Positions 29,684 to 42,400 of a stretch of 64,000 nt of DNA are shown piece by piece. The translations under genes and the position numbers were made by a program. The notes under the pieces are model-generated. The model worked only from the letters and a program-made list of their open reading frames with translations, ran no database searches and was not told the origin of the DNA. Location of the stretch: NCBI RefSeq assembly GCF_054482525.1, contig NZ_CM137006.1. One strand, written 5' to 3'. The first letter of the stretch is position 1. Every line of letters begins with the position of its first letter.

Positions 29684-30321
29684 TTACTCGTCGGCAGCGT
29701 AGCCCTGCGGCGGCAGACGTTGACCATCCAGCCACGCGGCGTTTTCGTGCATTTTCAGACGACCATCGGCAAACCAGCTAATCACCAGTGGATAAATAGC
29801 GTGTTCCTGGGTTTGCACGCGGGCGGTGATGTCATCTTCCGTATCACCAGCAAATACCGGGACTTTCGCCTGTAAAATAACCGGGCCACCGTCCAGTTCA
29901 TCGGTGACGAAATGCACCGATGTACCGTGCTCTTCATCGCCATTTTCCAGCGCCTGACGATGGGTGTGTAATCCGGGATATTTCGGCAGCAGAGAAGGGT
30001 GAATGTTCAGCAAACGCCCGGCATAGTGGGAGACAATCGCCGGGCTGAGAATGCGCATAAAACCAGCCAGCACGACCACATCGGGTGCGTACATGTCGAT
30101 TTCATGAATCAACTCCCGGTCATAGGCTTCACGACTGTCAAACGCGCTGGCGATGAGCGTATGCGTTGCAATACCCGCCTGGCGGGCGCGTTCAAGGCCG
30201 AACGCGTCAGCCTTATTGCTGAAAACTGCCCGTACGGTGCCTTTAATTTTATTGGTTTTGCAGGCGTCAATAATTGCCTGCAAATTACTTCCGTTGCCGG
30301 AAATAAGCACCACAATATTCA

Positions 30322-30322
<1 letters not shown>
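29684..30322 (-). CDS. purN: Phosphoribosylglycinamide formyltransferase
   Basis: 212 aa, N-terminus MNIVVLISGNGSNLQAI. Confidence 0.95.
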
Positions 30323-31377
<1,055 letters not shown>

Positions 31378-31422
31378 TTACTTGCGGTAGAAAAATAAAA
31401 TTCGGCGCAATTCTAACAGGGA

Positions 31423-31438
31423 AAGCAAACGTTTGCGA
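31423..31438. promoter_or_regulatory. PurR operator upstream of purMN
   Basis: AAGCAAACGTTTGCGA, near-perfect PurR palindrome in the purM/upp divergent region. Confidence 0.6.
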
Positions 31439-31683
31439 GACTGCTTTACACAACCTTTTTGTACGTCTTTTCCCCAGGCGCGCGGCAAAACAATACTTGT
31501 ACCAGGGCAAAGGATCGTTTTCGGATGGAATAATCTTCTTCCATAACTATTTGAATATAAAATAACTTTATCTCAAACCGTTATCATTTTGACTAAAGTC
31601 AACGAAAATAATATTGCCGCCTTGAAGAAAGGAGGTATAATCCGTCGATTTTTTTTGTGGCTGCCCCTCAAAGGAGAAAGAGT

Positions 31684-32310
31684 ATGAAGATCGTGGAAGT
31701 CAAACACCCACTCGTCAAACACAAGCTGGGACTGATGCGTGAGCAAGATATCAGCACCAAGCGCTTTCGCGAACTCGCTTCCGAAGTGGGTAGCCTGCTG
31801 ACTTACGAAGCGACCGCCGACCTAGAAACGGAAAAAGTAACTATCGAAGGCTGGAACGGCCCGGTAGAAATCGACCAGATCAAAGGTAAGAAAATTACCG
31901 TTGTGCCAATTCTGCGTGCGGGTCTGGGGATGATGGACGGTGTGCTGGAAAACGTTCCGAGCGCGCGCATCAGCGTCGTCGGTATGTACCGTAATGAAGA
32001 AACGCTGGAGCCGGTACCGTACTTCCAGAAACTGGTTTCTAACATCGATGAGCGTATGGCGCTGATCGTTGACCCAATGCTGGCAACCGGTGGTTCCGTT
32101 ATCGCGACCATCGACCTGCTGAAAAAAGCGGGCTGCAGCAGCATCAAAGTTCTGGTGCTGGTAGCTGCGCCAGAAGGTATCGCTGCGCTGGAAAAAGCGC
32201 ACCCGGACGTCGAACTGTATACTGCATCGATTGACCAGGGACTGAACGAGCACGGATACATTATTCCGGGCCTCGGCGATGCCGGTGACAAAATCTTTGG
32301 TACGAAATAA
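31684..32310 (+). CDS. upp: Uracil phosphoribosyltransferase
   Basis: Track ORF 31657..32310; K-12 start [14 protein letters not shown] at 31684 (208 aa). Confidence 0.95.
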
Positions 32311-32325
32311 AGAATAAAAATAATT

Positions 32326-32356
32326 AAAGCCGACTTTAAGAGTCGGCTTTTTTTTG
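32326..32356 (+). terminator. Intrinsic terminator/attenuator between upp and uraA
   Basis: aaaGCCGACTttaagAGTCGGCttttttttt. Confidence 0.65.
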
Positions 32357-32395
32357 AGTAAAGCGCCTATAACACATAATACAGAGGATAATACT

Positions 32396-33685
32396 ATGAC
32401 GCGCCGTGCTATCGGGGTGAGTGAAAGACCGCCACTTTTACAGACAATCCCGCTTAGTTTGCAACATTTGTTCGCCATGTTTGGTGCAACCGTCCTGGTG
32501 CCCGTCTTATTTCATATTAACCCGGCGACTGTACTGTTATTTAACGGTATAGGAACACTGCTGTATCTCTTCATCTGTAAAGGGAAAATTCCGGCTTATC
32601 TTGGTTCCAGCTTTGCCTTTATTTCACCGGTATTGTTACTGTTGCCGTTGGGGTATGAAGTCGCGCTGGGCGGCTTTATTATGTGCGGCGTGCTGTTCTG
32701 CCTGGTTTCTTTTATCGTGAAGAAAGCGGGGACCGGCTGGCTGGACGTGCTGTTTCCACCTGCGGCAATGGGCGCAATCGTTGCCGTCATCGGTCTGGAG
32801 TTGGCGGGCGTAGCTGCCGGTATGGCAGGTTTACTCCCGGCTGAAGGGCAAACTCCAGACTCCAAAACCATCATCATCTCCATTACCACGCTGGCGGTTA
32901 CGGTTTTAGGTTCCGTGCTGTTTCGTGGTTTCCTGGCAATTATCCCGATTTTAATTGGCGTGCTGGTGGGCTACGCGCTCTCTTTCGCAATGGGAATTGT
33001 CGATACCACGCCGATTATTAATGCTCACTGGTTTGCGCTGCCAACTCTCTATACGCCGCGCTTCGAGTGGTTTGCCATTCTGACTATTCTGCCAGCGGCG
33101 TTAGTGGTTATTGCCGAACACGTAGGGCACCTGGTGGTAACGGCTAATATCGTCAAAAAAGATCTGCTGCGCGATCCAGGTCTGCACCGTTCGATGTTTG
33201 CTAACGGCTTGTCGACCGTGATCTCCGGCTTCTTTGGCTCCACGCCAAATACTACCTACGGGGAAAACATTGGCGTGATGGCGATCACCCGTGTTTACAG
33301 TACCTGGGTTATCGGCGGGGCGGCGATTTTCGCTATCCTGCTTTCCTGCGTCGGTAAACTGGCTGCTGCTATCCAGATGATCCCATTGCCGGTGATGGGC
33401 GGCGTTTCGCTGCTGCTTTATGGTGTCATCGGTGCTTCCGGTATTCGTGTTTTGATCGAATCGAAAGTGGATTACAACAAAGCACAGAATCTGATCCTGA
33501 CTTCCGTGATTTTGATCATCGGTGTCAGTGGCGCGAAGGTAAACATCGGCGCGGCGGAGCTGAAAGGTATGGCGCTGGCGACCATCGTCGGTATCGGCTT
33601 AAGTTTGATCTTCAAACTGATTAGTGTGCTGCGCCCTGAAGAAGTGGTGCTGGACGCAGAAGACGCGGATATAACAGACAAATAA
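32396..33685 (+). CDS. uraA: Uracil:proton symporter
   Basis: Track ORF 32354..33685; K-12 start MTRRAIGV at 32396 (429 aa). Confidence 0.95.
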   Translation: MTRRAIGVSERPPLLQTIPLSLQHLFAMFGATVLVPVLFHINPATVLLFNGIGTLLYLFICKGKIPAYLGSSFAFISPVLLLLPLGYEVALGGFIMCGVLFCLVSFIVKKAGTGWLDVLFPPAAMGAIVAVIGLELAGVAAGMAGLLPAEGQTPDSKTIIISITTLAVTVLGSVLFRGFLAIIPILIGVLVGYALSFAMGIVDTTPIINAHWFALPTLYTPRFEWFAILTILPAALVVIAEHVGHLVVTANIVKKDLLRDPGLHRSMFANGLSTVISGFFGSTPNTTYGENIGVMAITRVYSTWVIGGAAIFAILLSCVGKLAAAIQMIPLPVMGGVSLLLYGVIGASGIRVLIESKVDYNKAQNLILTSVILIIGVSGAKVNIGAAELKGMALATIVGIGLSLIFKLISVLRPEEVVLDAEDADITDK

Positions 33686-33779
33686 TGTACCGACCGGGCA
33701 GTGTTGCTGCCCGGTTCAAACATCATGGGATTCTGTGGTAAACTTCTCGCGATTTTGTGAAATCCTGGTTGAGGTATCT

Positions 33780-34481
33780 CTGAACACACCGGCACAGCTC
33801 TCTTTGCCACTTTATCTTCCTGACGACGAAACCTTTGCAAGTTTCTGGCCGGGGGATAACTCCTCTTTACTGGCCGCGCTGCAAAACGTGCTGCGTCAGG
33901 AACATAGCGGTTACATCTATCTCTGGGCACGCGAAGGCGCGGGGCGCAGCCATCTGCTGCACGCGGCTTGCGCGGAATTGTCGCAGCGTGGCGATGCGGT
34001 GGGCTATGTCCCGCTGGATAAACGCACCTGGTTTGTTCCGGAAGTGCTCGACGGTATGGAGCATTTGTCGCTGGTCTGTATCGACAACATTGAGTGTATT
34101 GCAGGCGATGAGTTGTGGGAGATGGCGATTTTCGATCTCTACAATCGAATTCTGGAATCGGGTAAAACACGGTTGTTGATCACCGGCGATCGTCCACCGC
34201 GGCAGTTGAATCTGGGATTACCGGATCTCGCGTCGCGTCTCGACTGGGGGCAGATCTACAAATTGCAGCCACTTTCTGATGAAGATAAGTTGCAGGCGCT
34301 ACAGTTACGCGCGCGTTTGCGTGGTTTTGAACTGCCGGAAGATGTGGGGCGTTTCTTGCTGAAGCGGCTCGACAGAGAAATGCGCACGCTATTTATGACG
34401 TTGGATCAGTTGGATCGTGCGTCGATTACCGCGCAACGTAAGCTGACCATTCCGTTTGTGAAAGAAATTCTGAAATTGTAG
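33780..34481 (+). CDS. hda: DnaA regulatory inactivator Hda
   Basis: Track ORF 33735..34481 (248 aa); the functional 233-aa protein is recalled to start at a CTG, corresponding to 33780. Confidence 0.85.
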
Positions 34482-34495
34482 ATAAGGGGTTTATT

Positions 34496-34589
34496 GTCGG
34501 ATGCGGCGCGAACGCCTTATCCGACCTACGCGAAGTTAATCCATAGTATTCGTAGGCCGTATAAGACGCGGCAAGCGTCGCATCCGGCA
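34496..34589. repeat. REP/BIME cluster (two REP units)
   Basis: gtcggatgcggcgcgaacgccttatccgacctac and gtaggccgtataagacgcggcaagcgtcgcatccggca between hda and yfgD. Confidence 0.6.
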
Positions 34590-34618
34590 ATGTGCTTCAA
34601 CTAGCGATGGAGCACTTC

Positions 34619-34978
34619 TTAACCCACGATTTCCAGTACCTGCTCCGGTGGACGACCAATTCGCGCTTTGCCATTCGCGACCACAATCGGGCGCTCCATT
34701 AGCTTCGAATTATCCACCATTGCCTGAATCAGCGCCTCTTCGCTAAGCGAACTGTCAGCCAGGTTCAGTTCTTTATAAAGATCCTCTTTCTGGCGCATCA
34801 ATTCACGAGCGCTATTCATCCCCAGCATTTTCAGCAAATCACGCAGCGTTGCCGCATCGGCGGGTGTCTCAAGGTAGAGCACCACTTCTGGCTCCACGCC
34901 GTTTTCTTTCAGCAGGTTCAGCGTTTCCCGGCTCTTTGAACAGCGTGGGTTATGGTAGATTTTTACCTGTTTGGTCAT
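34619..34978 (-). CDS. yfgD: ArsC/Spx-family protein YfgD, 119 aa
   Basis: N-terminus MTKQVKIYHNPRCSKSR, synteny. Confidence 0.9.
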   Translation of the reverse strand: MTKQVKIYHNPRCSKSRETLNLLKENGVEPEVVLYLETPADAATLRDLLKMLGMNSARELMRQKEDLYKELNLADSSLSEEALIQAMVDNSKLMERPIVVANGKARIGRPPEQVLEIVG

Positions 34979-34998
34979 TGTTCTTCCTTTAATGCGAA

Positions 34999-36462
34999 TT
35001 ACATCTTGGTATAAGGCTTAAAGCGTTCCTGCAGCTGGCGCAACTGGTCGATGCGCGCATCGTAACGCGCTTGTTGCAGGCTGCCTAATTTCACCTGCGA
35101 ACTGGCGCTACTCAACAGCGAAATGGCCTGATCGAGTCGCCCGGCGAGCGCATAACCTTCTGCTCGCGCAGCCAGTTCCTGATCGCGGTTATTTAGCGCG
35201 GCTTCCGCCTGTGCCAGTAAATCCCAGCCGTTGCTGTCATCTTTATTGTTAAAAGTGTAGCGATTCAGAATATTGGCCGCTTCTTGTGGTTGACCGCCTT
35301 GCAGATAAGCGTTCGCCAGGTTGAGCTGCAACACTGGATTGGTGCGCAAATCGCGGGCATTTTTCAGGCGATTGATAGCGTCATTGGCTTTGTTTTGCCC
35401 AAGATCGATATCGGTAGCCAGATCGAGATACCATGCGTTGCCAGGTTCTGCCGCCAGTAACGGTTGCAGCGTTTTACGCGCTTCGTCGTATTTATTGGCT
35501 TCCATCGCCTGTAAAGCACGACCATATTGCGCCGCTCGTTGCTGACGAACGTTTCCTTTCGCCCATTCATCCAGCAAATCACTGGTGAGCTGGTTACGTC
35601 CGGAATTATACATCCCCAGTGTGCGCGCTTTCGCCAGATAGAAATCTTCCGACGACTGCACCACCATCGGGCGCATCTGATTAGCACGGTTGCGGGCATC
35701 TGCCAGACGACTTTCCGGCAACGGGTGAGTCAATAAAATTTCCGGCGGACGCGAGGAGTAACGCGCCTGATCGAGCAATTTTTCGAGGAAGGTCGGCATC
35801 GCCTGCGGATCGAATCCTGAGCGTTGCAGCACCTGAATACCAATGCGATCCGCTTCCTGTTCATTTTGCTGGGTGAAGCTGATCATCCCCTGGCGCGTTC
35901 CCGCCAGTGTACCGGTCAGCGCTGCCATCCCCGCCTGCGGACTGGCCATCGCCAGTAAAATAGAACCTAACGCGCCGACCCAGGTCAGCGGCGCGCTGCG
36001 CTGCTGATCTTCCATCGCTCGCGCCAGGTGACGTTGGGTGACGTGGGAGATTTCGTGCGCCATAACTGAAGCCAGTTGGCTTTCGTTATCGGAATAACGG
36101 AACAGGGCAGAGTGCAGCACCACGTTGCCGCCAAAGAAAGCAAAGGCGTTAATTTCGTCGTTGTTGATCAGAAAGAAATGAAACGGTGTCTTAACCGAAT
36201 TGGCATGCGAAACCAGACGCATACCCAGCGAATTAATATATTGCGTTAACAGCGGGTCATTAATTAACGGCGCGCTGCCGCGTAGCTGGCGGACATAATA
36301 GTCGCCCATCTGCATTTCCTGGCCAATGGAAAGCGTGCTTCCTGCGGAGGTTCCCATATCCGGCAAGGTGTCTGCGCTGTCGGCAAACGCCGGGGCTACC
36401 TGACCAATGGTCATAGCAGCAATGAGGGTTGCAACCAGGTTTTTTTTCAACTGCCTGAACAT
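34999..36462 (-). CDS. bepA: Periplasmic beta-barrel assembly-enhancing protease BepA (M48 peptidase plus TPR)
   Basis: 487 aa, HEISHV zinc motif, signal peptide, synteny. Confidence 0.9.
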   Translation of the reverse strand: MFRQLKKNLVATLIAAMTIGQVAPAFADSADTLPDMGTSAGSTLSIGQEMQMGDYYVRQLRGSAPLINDPLLTQYINSLGMRLVSHANSVKTPFHFFLINNDEINAFAFFGGNVVLHSALFRYSDNESQLASVMAHEISHVTQRHLARAMEDQQRSAPLTWVGALGSILLAMASPQAGMAALTGTLAGTRQGMISFTQQNEQEADRIGIQVLQRSGFDPQAMPTFLEKLLDQARYSSRPPEILLTHPLPESRLADARNRANQMRPMVVQSSEDFYLAKARTLGMYNSGRNQLTSDLLDEWAKGNVRQQRAAQYGRALQAMEANKYDEARKTLQPLLAAEPGNAWYLDLATDIDLGQNKANDAINRLKNARDLRTNPVLQLNLANAYLQGGQPQEAANILNRYTFNNKDDSNGWDLLAQAEAALNNRDQELAARAEGYALAGRLDQAISLLSSASSQVKLGSLQQARYDARIDQLRQLQERFKPYTKM

Positions 36463-36674
36463 AACCTCTATCCTGTATTTCTGAAGATAGTCATTTGACC
36501 GATACTGTGAAATATCGTTCCCACCGCGCCGCCTTTGAGTGTAACGGCGAAGATTAGCCCACTCAAATGACTTTTCAGTTTCCTGAATCCGTCATAAAAA
36601 GCGAAGTCTTTTTTGTGACATTTCGATACAATTGCGGATCGCAATCCCGCTCTTGAGGTTCAGGGAAGGTCTTT

Positions 36675-37736
36675 ATGCTCGAAATGTTGATGCAATGGTA
36701 TCGCCGCCGTTTTAGCGACCCGGAAGCGATTGCCTTGCTGGTTATTTTAGTTGCCGGATTTGGCATTATCTTTTTCTTTAGTGGCCTGCTTGCTCCGTTG
36801 CTGGTGGCTATTGTGCTGGCCTATTTGCTGGAATGGCCAACCGTACGCCTGCAATCTATTGGCTGCTCCCGCCGCTGGGCGACGTCGATTGTATTGGTGG
36901 TTTTCGTCGGTATATTGCTACTGATGGCGTTCGTGGTATTGCCTATCGCCTGGCAGCAGGGCATCTACTTAATTCGCGATATGCCGGGGATGCTCAATAA
37001 GCTTTCTGACTTTGCCGCCACGTTGCCGCGCCGCTATCCGGCGTTGATGGATGCGGGCATTATTGATGCAATGGCCGAAAATATGCGCAGTCGGATGCTG
37101 ACCATGGGCGATTCGGTGGTGAAAATTTCCCTCGCCTCGCTGGTCGGTTTGCTGACCATTGCCGTCTATCTGGTGCTGGTACCATTGATGGTCTTCTTCC
37201 TGCTGAAAGACAAAGAGCAGATGCTGAACGCCGTTCGTCGGGTGCTACCGCGTAACCGCGGACTGGCAGGACAGGTGTGGAAGGAGATGAATCAACAAAT
37301 CACCAACTATATCCGCGGCAAAGTGCTGGAGATGATCGTGGTGGGGATCGCCACCTGGCTGGGGTTCTTACTCTTCGGGCTGAACTATTCGCTGCTGCTG
37401 GCGGTGCTGGTCGGCTTCTCGGTTCTTATTCCGTACATTGGTGCATTTGTGGTGACCATTCCAGTGATTGGCGTGGCGCTATTCCAGTTTGGTGCTGGCA
37501 CGGAATTCTGGAGCTGCTTCGCGGTGTATCTGATCATTCAGGCGCTGGACGGCAACCTGTTAGTACCTGTGTTGTTCTCCGAAGCGGTTAACCTGCATCC
37601 GCTGGTCATTATTTTATCAGTAGTGATCTTCGGTGGTTTGTGGGGATTCTGGGGCGTATTCTTCGCCATTCCGTTGGCGACGCTGATCAAAGCCGTGATT
37701 CACGCCTGGCCCGATGGGCAAATCGCGCAAGAATAA
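36675..37736 (+). CDS. perM: Permease PerM (AI-2E family)
   Basis: 353 aa polytopic membrane protein, synteny. Confidence 0.9.
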   Translation: MLEMLMQWYRRRFSDPEAIALLVILVAGFGIIFFFSGLLAPLLVAIVLAYLLEWPTVRLQSIGCSRRWATSIVLVVFVGILLLMAFVVLPIAWQQGIYLIRDMPGMLNKLSDFAATLPRRYPALMDAGIIDAMAENMRSRMLTMGDSVVKISLASLVGLLTIAVYLVLVPLMVFFLLKDKEQMLNAVRRVLPRNRGLAGQVWKEMNQQITNYIRGKVLEMIVVGIATWLGFLLFGLNYSLLLAVLVGFSVLIPYIGAFVVTIPVIGVALFQFGAGTEFWSCFAVYLIIQALDGNLLVPVLFSEAVNLHPLVIILSVVIFGGLWGFWGVFFAIPLATLIKAVIHAWPDGQIAQE

Positions 37737-37772
37737 TCTTCAGCCCGACGAACTGTTTCGCCGGGCTGATTT

Positions 37773-38621
37773 TTAGGGTTCCTGACGTAAATAAATAGCC
37801 CGATAACAAATACTCACCAGCACTGCACCGCCGATAATATTACCCAGCATCACCGGGAGCAGATTGGCGGTAATAAAATGGCTGACCGTCAGTGCCGGAA
37901 AATGGTCGGCGCTACTGTGCGCCAGTTGCCAGAAGGTGGTAGGGGCGAAATGGCGAATGGCAATGGCGAACGGAATCACAAACAAATTGGCGATACAATG
38001 CTCAAAGCCACTGGCGACAAACAGGGTGATGGGCAAAATCATGGCGACGATTTTGTCACATAACGAACGCCCGCAATAACTCATCCACAGCGCCAGGCAA
38101 ACCATCAGATTGCACATAATGCCGAGGCTGACAGATTCAGTAAATGTATGATGCATTTTGCCCTCGGCGCAGTGTAAAACCGCGACTCCCCACATCGCGT
38201 TTTCACTCATCACCAGCCCGGAAAACCAGATTAACAAACTGAAACAGGCAATACCTGCCAGATTACCGCAGGCCACCAGAAGTGCATTAATCAGCCATGT
38301 TCGCCAGCTAATAACGCCCCGACTTTTTGCCATCACCGTCATTACCGACGAGGTGAACAGGCTGGTGCCGCAAACCGCCAGCAAAATAAAGCCGAGTGTA
38401 AAGCAAAGGCCGCCCACCAGATGGGTTAATGCCTGTGAAGACGGGGCATCGGCGATAACGGAAAGGTAAAAAGTAAATCCAATCGCCATAAACACGCCAG
38501 CGGACATCGCCATTAAAAAGACCGATACTTTGCTGCGGGCAATTTTATGGGCAGCAATCCGTTCAGCGATTGCCGCTTTTCTGGCGCTCAACTGCAAGTC
38601 GAAAGAGAGTTTGTTTCTCAT
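37773..38621 (-). CDS. focB: Formate channel FocB
   Basis: 282 aa, formate/nitrite transporter family, adjacent to hyfR. Confidence 0.9.
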   Translation of the reverse strand: MRNKLSFDLQLSARKAAIAERIAAHKIARSKVSVFLMAMSAGVFMAIGFTFYLSVIADAPSSQALTHLVGGLCFTLGFILLAVCGTSLFTSSVMTVMAKSRGVISWRTWLINALLVACGNLAGIACFSLLIWFSGLVMSENAMWGVAVLHCAEGKMHHTFTESVSLGIMCNLMVCLALWMSYCGRSLCDKIVAMILPITLFVASGFEHCIANLFVIPFAIAIRHFAPTTFWQLAHSSADHFPALTVSHFITANLLPVMLGNIIGGAVLVSICYRAIYLRQEP

Positions 38622-38642
38622 GCATACTCCTGCAAAAGCAGA

Positions 38643-40658
38643 TTACAACACCTCGCGAACCGAGATCCCCAGCCGCTGCATTCGTGACAGCAGCGTGGTG
38701 CGCTTCATCCCTAATCGTGTCGCCGCGCCACGGGGCCCGGCAACAATGCCATTGGTTTCTCGCAATACCTGAACAATGCGCTGACGTTCTTCTTCGTCAT
38801 TCTCTGGCGTCGTCGGGTGCAGCAACTGCGCCATTGAACTGCGAAGCGCTGAATCTTCATTTAGCGTCGGCAGTAAACGGCTTTGTCGGACATTAAGATG
38901 TAAATTCAGACTGTTACCGCGAGTCAGTAGTACCGCTCGCTCAATCACGTTTTCCAGCTCGCGCACGTTGCCCGGCCAATCCCACGACATCAACTGGCGT
39001 AGTGCCTCGGTCGGGATGGCGTCAATTGCGCGATTCATATGGCGCGCCATTTTTTGCGTGAAATGCTTTGCTAAAAGAGGGATATCTTCCGGACGGTCGC
39101 GCAGTGGCGGCAGTTCCAGTGGGAAGACATTCAGGCGATAAAAGAGATCGCTGCGAAACTGGCGATCTTCAACCATTTGCCATAAATCACGGTTGGTGGC
39201 GGCAATGACTCTGACATTCACCGGGATCGTTCTACTCCCGCCGAGACGCTCAATCTCCCGCTCCTGCAATACGCGCAGCAGTTTAGGCTGAAGTTCTAAC
39301 GGCAGATCGCCAATTTCATCGAGAAACAACGTGCCGCCATCGGCAATTTCAAAACGTCCACGATGGGTATTAATCGCACCAGTAAACGCCCCTTTGTCAT
39401 GACCGAATAACTCACTTTCCAGAAGACTGGCGGGGATGGCAGCGCAGTTGATTTTGACCAGCGGCTTGTCGCGGCGCGGGCTAAGTTGATGGATCGCTCT
39501 GGCGATCACCTCTTTGCCGGTTCCGGTTTCACCGCAAATCAACACCGTACTGTCGCTCTTCGCCACAATATCTACCTGCTGGAGCAGGTCTTCCATTGCC
39601 TGGCTTTGATAGATAATGTCACCGACGCCCAGATTCGAAAGGAGCTGCTCGCTAAGCTGGTGGTTTTCTTGCTGCAAGCTTTCCTGCAAATCGGTCATGC
39701 TACGCCAGGCATCGGCATTGCCAACGGCAATAGCGATGCGATCGGCTATGTGTTGTAGTAGCTGGCAGTTTTCCTCACTAAAGAGAGTGGAGGAGGTATG
39801 CGCCAGCAACAATGCACCCGGTGTATGGTTGCCAAAGGTAAGCGGTATCAGGAGCGCAGATTCGCAGCCGTTAGATGCAAGTAAGAGTAATAATGGGTCG
39901 CGTTGCCAGAGAAACAGATCATCTGCACGGTGCGTCAAGGTCGGTTGTCGGGTTTGTAGCGTTTGTGTCAGCAATACACTTTCGCCAGGCATACAGCGTG
40001 GCAGACACGCACAATGTGAGGCAGAAAGATCGCTGCACCACAGGCTGAACTTCTCGTTCTTTCGATGATCGCCCAGTACCATACTGACTGAAGCCAGACC
40101 GAAAAAATGATGGATCTCACGGGCGACGTCAGCGATCAGATCGTCGAGATCAAGATGTGACAGCACTGCATTAGTAATATCAACCAGTACCCGATGATGA
40201 TCGCGATCTTTCTCCAGCAAACGCAGCGCCACCTGCTGTTCTTCATCATTGAGCCATGATTGCAGAACCGGGGTGATTATGTGTGCCAGCCAGTTAAACA
40301 GTGTGCAATCCTGAGGAGTAAAACGACTGCCGTGGGTGCGAATAAAGCGTAGCTCCGCCATTCCACTACTGCCGAGAAGGACGGCGTGGCGCGAATAATC
40401 GACCATCTCACCCTGATACTCTGTTGTTGCCGTCACATCGCTGCCATCATCATGGTAGCGGTAATAGAAGTTGCTTTTGAGAACATGCAGTTCAATAAGT
40501 TGTACCGGGCTGAACGGCGGCGGCAGCGGGATGAAGGCGCGTAATAAAGACGCCTTGCCGTGTTTCTGCGCTAACCGCTCCGCGAGCATTCCGTTTACCG
40601 CTTCAATTGTTATTCCTTGCGGCGGGGCAAACATCGCCTCGTCTGACATAGCCATCAA
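38643..40658 (-). CDS. hyfR: sigma54-dependent transcriptional activator HyfR
   Basis: 671 aa; AAA+ sigma54-interaction motifs ([14 protein letters not shown]), C-terminal helix-turn-helix. Confidence 0.9.
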   Translation of the reverse strand: MMAMSDEAMFAPPQGITIEAVNGMLAERLAQKHGKASLLRAFIPLPPPFSPVQLIELHVLKSNFYYRYHDDGSDVTATTEYQGEMVDYSRHAVLLGSSGMAELRFIRTHGSRFTPQDCTLFNWLAHIITPVLQSWLNDEEQQVALRLLEKDRDHHRVLVDITNAVLSHLDLDDLIADVAREIHHFFGLASVSMVLGDHRKNEKFSLWCSDLSASHCACLPRCMPGESVLLTQTLQTRQPTLTHRADDLFLWQRDPLLLLLASNGCESALLIPLTFGNHTPGALLLAHTSSTLFSEENCQLLQHIADRIAIAVGNADAWRSMTDLQESLQQENHQLSEQLLSNLGVGDIIYQSQAMEDLLQQVDIVAKSDSTVLICGETGTGKEVIARAIHQLSPRRDKPLVKINCAAIPASLLESELFGHDKGAFTGAINTHRGRFEIADGGTLFLDEIGDLPLELQPKLLRVLQEREIERLGGSRTIPVNVRVIAATNRDLWQMVEDRQFRSDLFYRLNVFPLELPPLRDRPEDIPLLAKHFTQKMARHMNRAIDAIPTEALRQLMSWDWPGNVRELENVIERAVLLTRGNSLNLHLNVRQSRLLPTLNEDSALRSSMAQLLHPTTPENDEEERQRIVQVLRETNGIVAGPRGAATRLGMKRTTLLSRMQRLGISVREVL

Positions 40659-40684
40659 CAGTCCTTATTAATGAGAAATCCTTC

Positions 40685-41098
40685 TCACGCAATTTTTCTG
40701 GCCATCAGATAGATGGCCGGTTCCTGCACAATTTCATCCAACAGATGAATGAATTGAATGCTACGCGCCTGCCACGCCGACGTCGCGTCATCTGCCAGTG
40801 GCGCGAATGCCCGGGTCAACAGGGCGGTGTGGCTGGCGTCAATAACAATCTCACCAAAGGTCATCACCCCCAGCATCTTACGTCGGGCTTGCTCCTCTTC
40901 GACCTGTGCAAGCCAATCTTCGTATTCCGTCTGTGGGCAGCGGAAGGCGACATTCAGACAATCAATCACGCCAACGTGATGACCGATAGCCAACGAGTAA
41001 TACATTACCTGGGAGCTGTGTTCCGGCATCTCGTCGCTACTGGCGACAAATTTTTTTCGCAGCGTCCAGAAAACAATTTCCCCGCACTCCTCAGCCAT
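40685..41098 (-). CDS. hyfJ: Hydrogenase-4 component J
   Basis: 137 aa, synteny. Confidence 0.9.
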   Translation of the reverse strand: MAEECGEIVFWTLRKKFVASSDEMPEHSSQVMYYSLAIGHHVGVIDCLNVAFRCPQTEYEDWLAQVEEEQARRKMLGVMTFGEIVIDASHTALLTRAFAPLADDATSAWQARSIQFIHLLDEIVQEPAIYLMARKIA

Positions 41099-41849
41099 GT
41101 AACCCCCGGAGAACGCGAAAGAGTTGCTGAACGATACTATTGAGACGCGGATCGTCAGCTTCGCGCAACCAGGTGTTAACCCGATTTCCTGTAGGATCGT
41201 CGCTTAAATGGCGCAGGAGCCGATCGCAAATTTCTCGCCCCTGACGATAGCCCGCCAGCCGCCGCGCTTCTCGCTCAACGGCGATACGCTGTGATGGCGG
41301 GATCTGCGGCCACAGCGGTTGCATGGTCACCCCGGTGGGATCGCGATAATCCACCGCGTGAATCTTCTGTTGCAGCAAACCGAGCGCCACGGCGAAACCG
41401 TGAATGGTGGCGGCCGGTGTTGGCGGGCAGCCGGGGATCCAAACATCAATGGGGACAATGGTGTCGCTGCCGTCCCAGACGCTGTAGAGATCGTGGAAAA
41501 TACCGCCGCCGACACCGCACGCGCCGTAGGAAACACAGATTTTATGATCGGGGGCAGACTCATACGCCCGAAGTGCAGGCATACGCATCGCCCGGGTGAC
41601 TGCGCCAGTAAATAACAAAATATCGGCGTGACGCGGTGATGAAACAACCTTAATGCCAAAACGTTCTGCGTCGAATACGGGTGTGATGGCGGCAAAAATT
41701 TCGATTTCGCAGGCGTTGCAGCCGCCGCAATCGACGCGATAAACGTAAGCCGAGCGACGGATATCCTGTAACAAATGCAGCTTCATCTTTTGCGTTTGCT
41801 CGTCCAGCGTGATGGGCTGGCTGACATGTTGCGTAATCACTGGACTCAT
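41091..41849 (-). CDS. hyfI: Hydrogenase-4 small subunit
   Basis: 252 aa, NuoB-like Cys motifs. Confidence 0.9.
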   Translation of the reverse strand: MSPVITQHVSQPITLDEQTQKMKLHLLQDIRRSAYVYRVDCGGCNACEIEIFAAITPVFDAERFGIKVVSSPRHADILLFTGAVTRAMRMPALRAYESAPDHKICVSYGACGVGGGIFHDLYSVWDGSDTIVPIDVWIPGCPPTPAATIHGFAVALGLLQQKIHAVDYRDPTGVTMQPLWPQIPPSQRIAVEREARRLAGYRQGREICDRLLRHLSDDPTGNRVNTWLREADDPRLNSIVQQLFRVLRGLHG

Positions 41850-42391
41850 ACCTGCTCCTTAGCCACCAGCGGTACATCTGTGTTGTCGTTAATCAGCGTC
41901 GCGTGTTGTTTGCATTCCGGGCAGACGCTCGCTTGCGCCCGCAACATTTCGCGGTTTTGTGGCGCATTTTGTTGCTGTGCCAACAGTTCTGCAGCCAGTG
42001 CGACGGTTTTTTGCGGGGCAAACGGGCGTTCGCAACGGCTGCAGCGTTGTAGATGGAACGTCGCGCGGGTATAGAGATCGGCTTTATTGGTGACGGTCAG
42101 TTCAAAGTTATTGGTAAGCTGAATGGCTCTGGTCGGGCACACTTCTTCACAACGTCCGCAGTAAATACAACGCCCCAGATAGAGCTGCCAGGTGCGCGAA
42201 TTTTGCTGGTCGTCGGTCTGGATAGTCAGCGCATTTGCCGGACAAGCACAGGCGCAGGCACCACAGGCAATACATTGGCTGGGCATCAGGTCCGGTTTCC
42301 CGCGAAAGCCTGGGCTGACCTCCAGTGGCGCGAAGGGATATTTCACCGTCGCGGTTCCGGCGCGCATAATAGTTTTCAGTAACTTCAGCAT
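41846..42391 (-). CDS. hyfH: Hydrogenase-4 ferredoxin-like subunit
   Basis: 181 aa, two 4Fe-4S CxxCxxCxxxCP motifs. Confidence 0.9.
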   Translation of the reverse strand: MLKLLKTIMRAGTATVKYPFAPLEVSPGFRGKPDLMPSQCIACGACACACPANALTIQTDDQQNSRTWQLYLGRCIYCGRCEEVCPTRAIQLTNNFELTVTNKADLYTRATFHLQRCSRCERPFAPQKTVALAAELLAQQQNAPQNREMLRAQASVCPECKQHATLINDNTDVPLVAKEQV

Positions 42392-42400
42392 CTTCTGTCC

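Noticed and set aside
31803-32478. Two long minus-strand ORFs (162 and 218 aa) antisense to upp
   Set aside because: They overlap the conserved upp gene on the opposite strand and have no start signals or recognisable domains.
41291-41877. Several Arg/Pro-rich ORFs overlapping hyfI/hyfH on both strands
   Set aside because: Alternate-frame translations of a GC-rich conserved operon; the annotated hyf genes account for the region.
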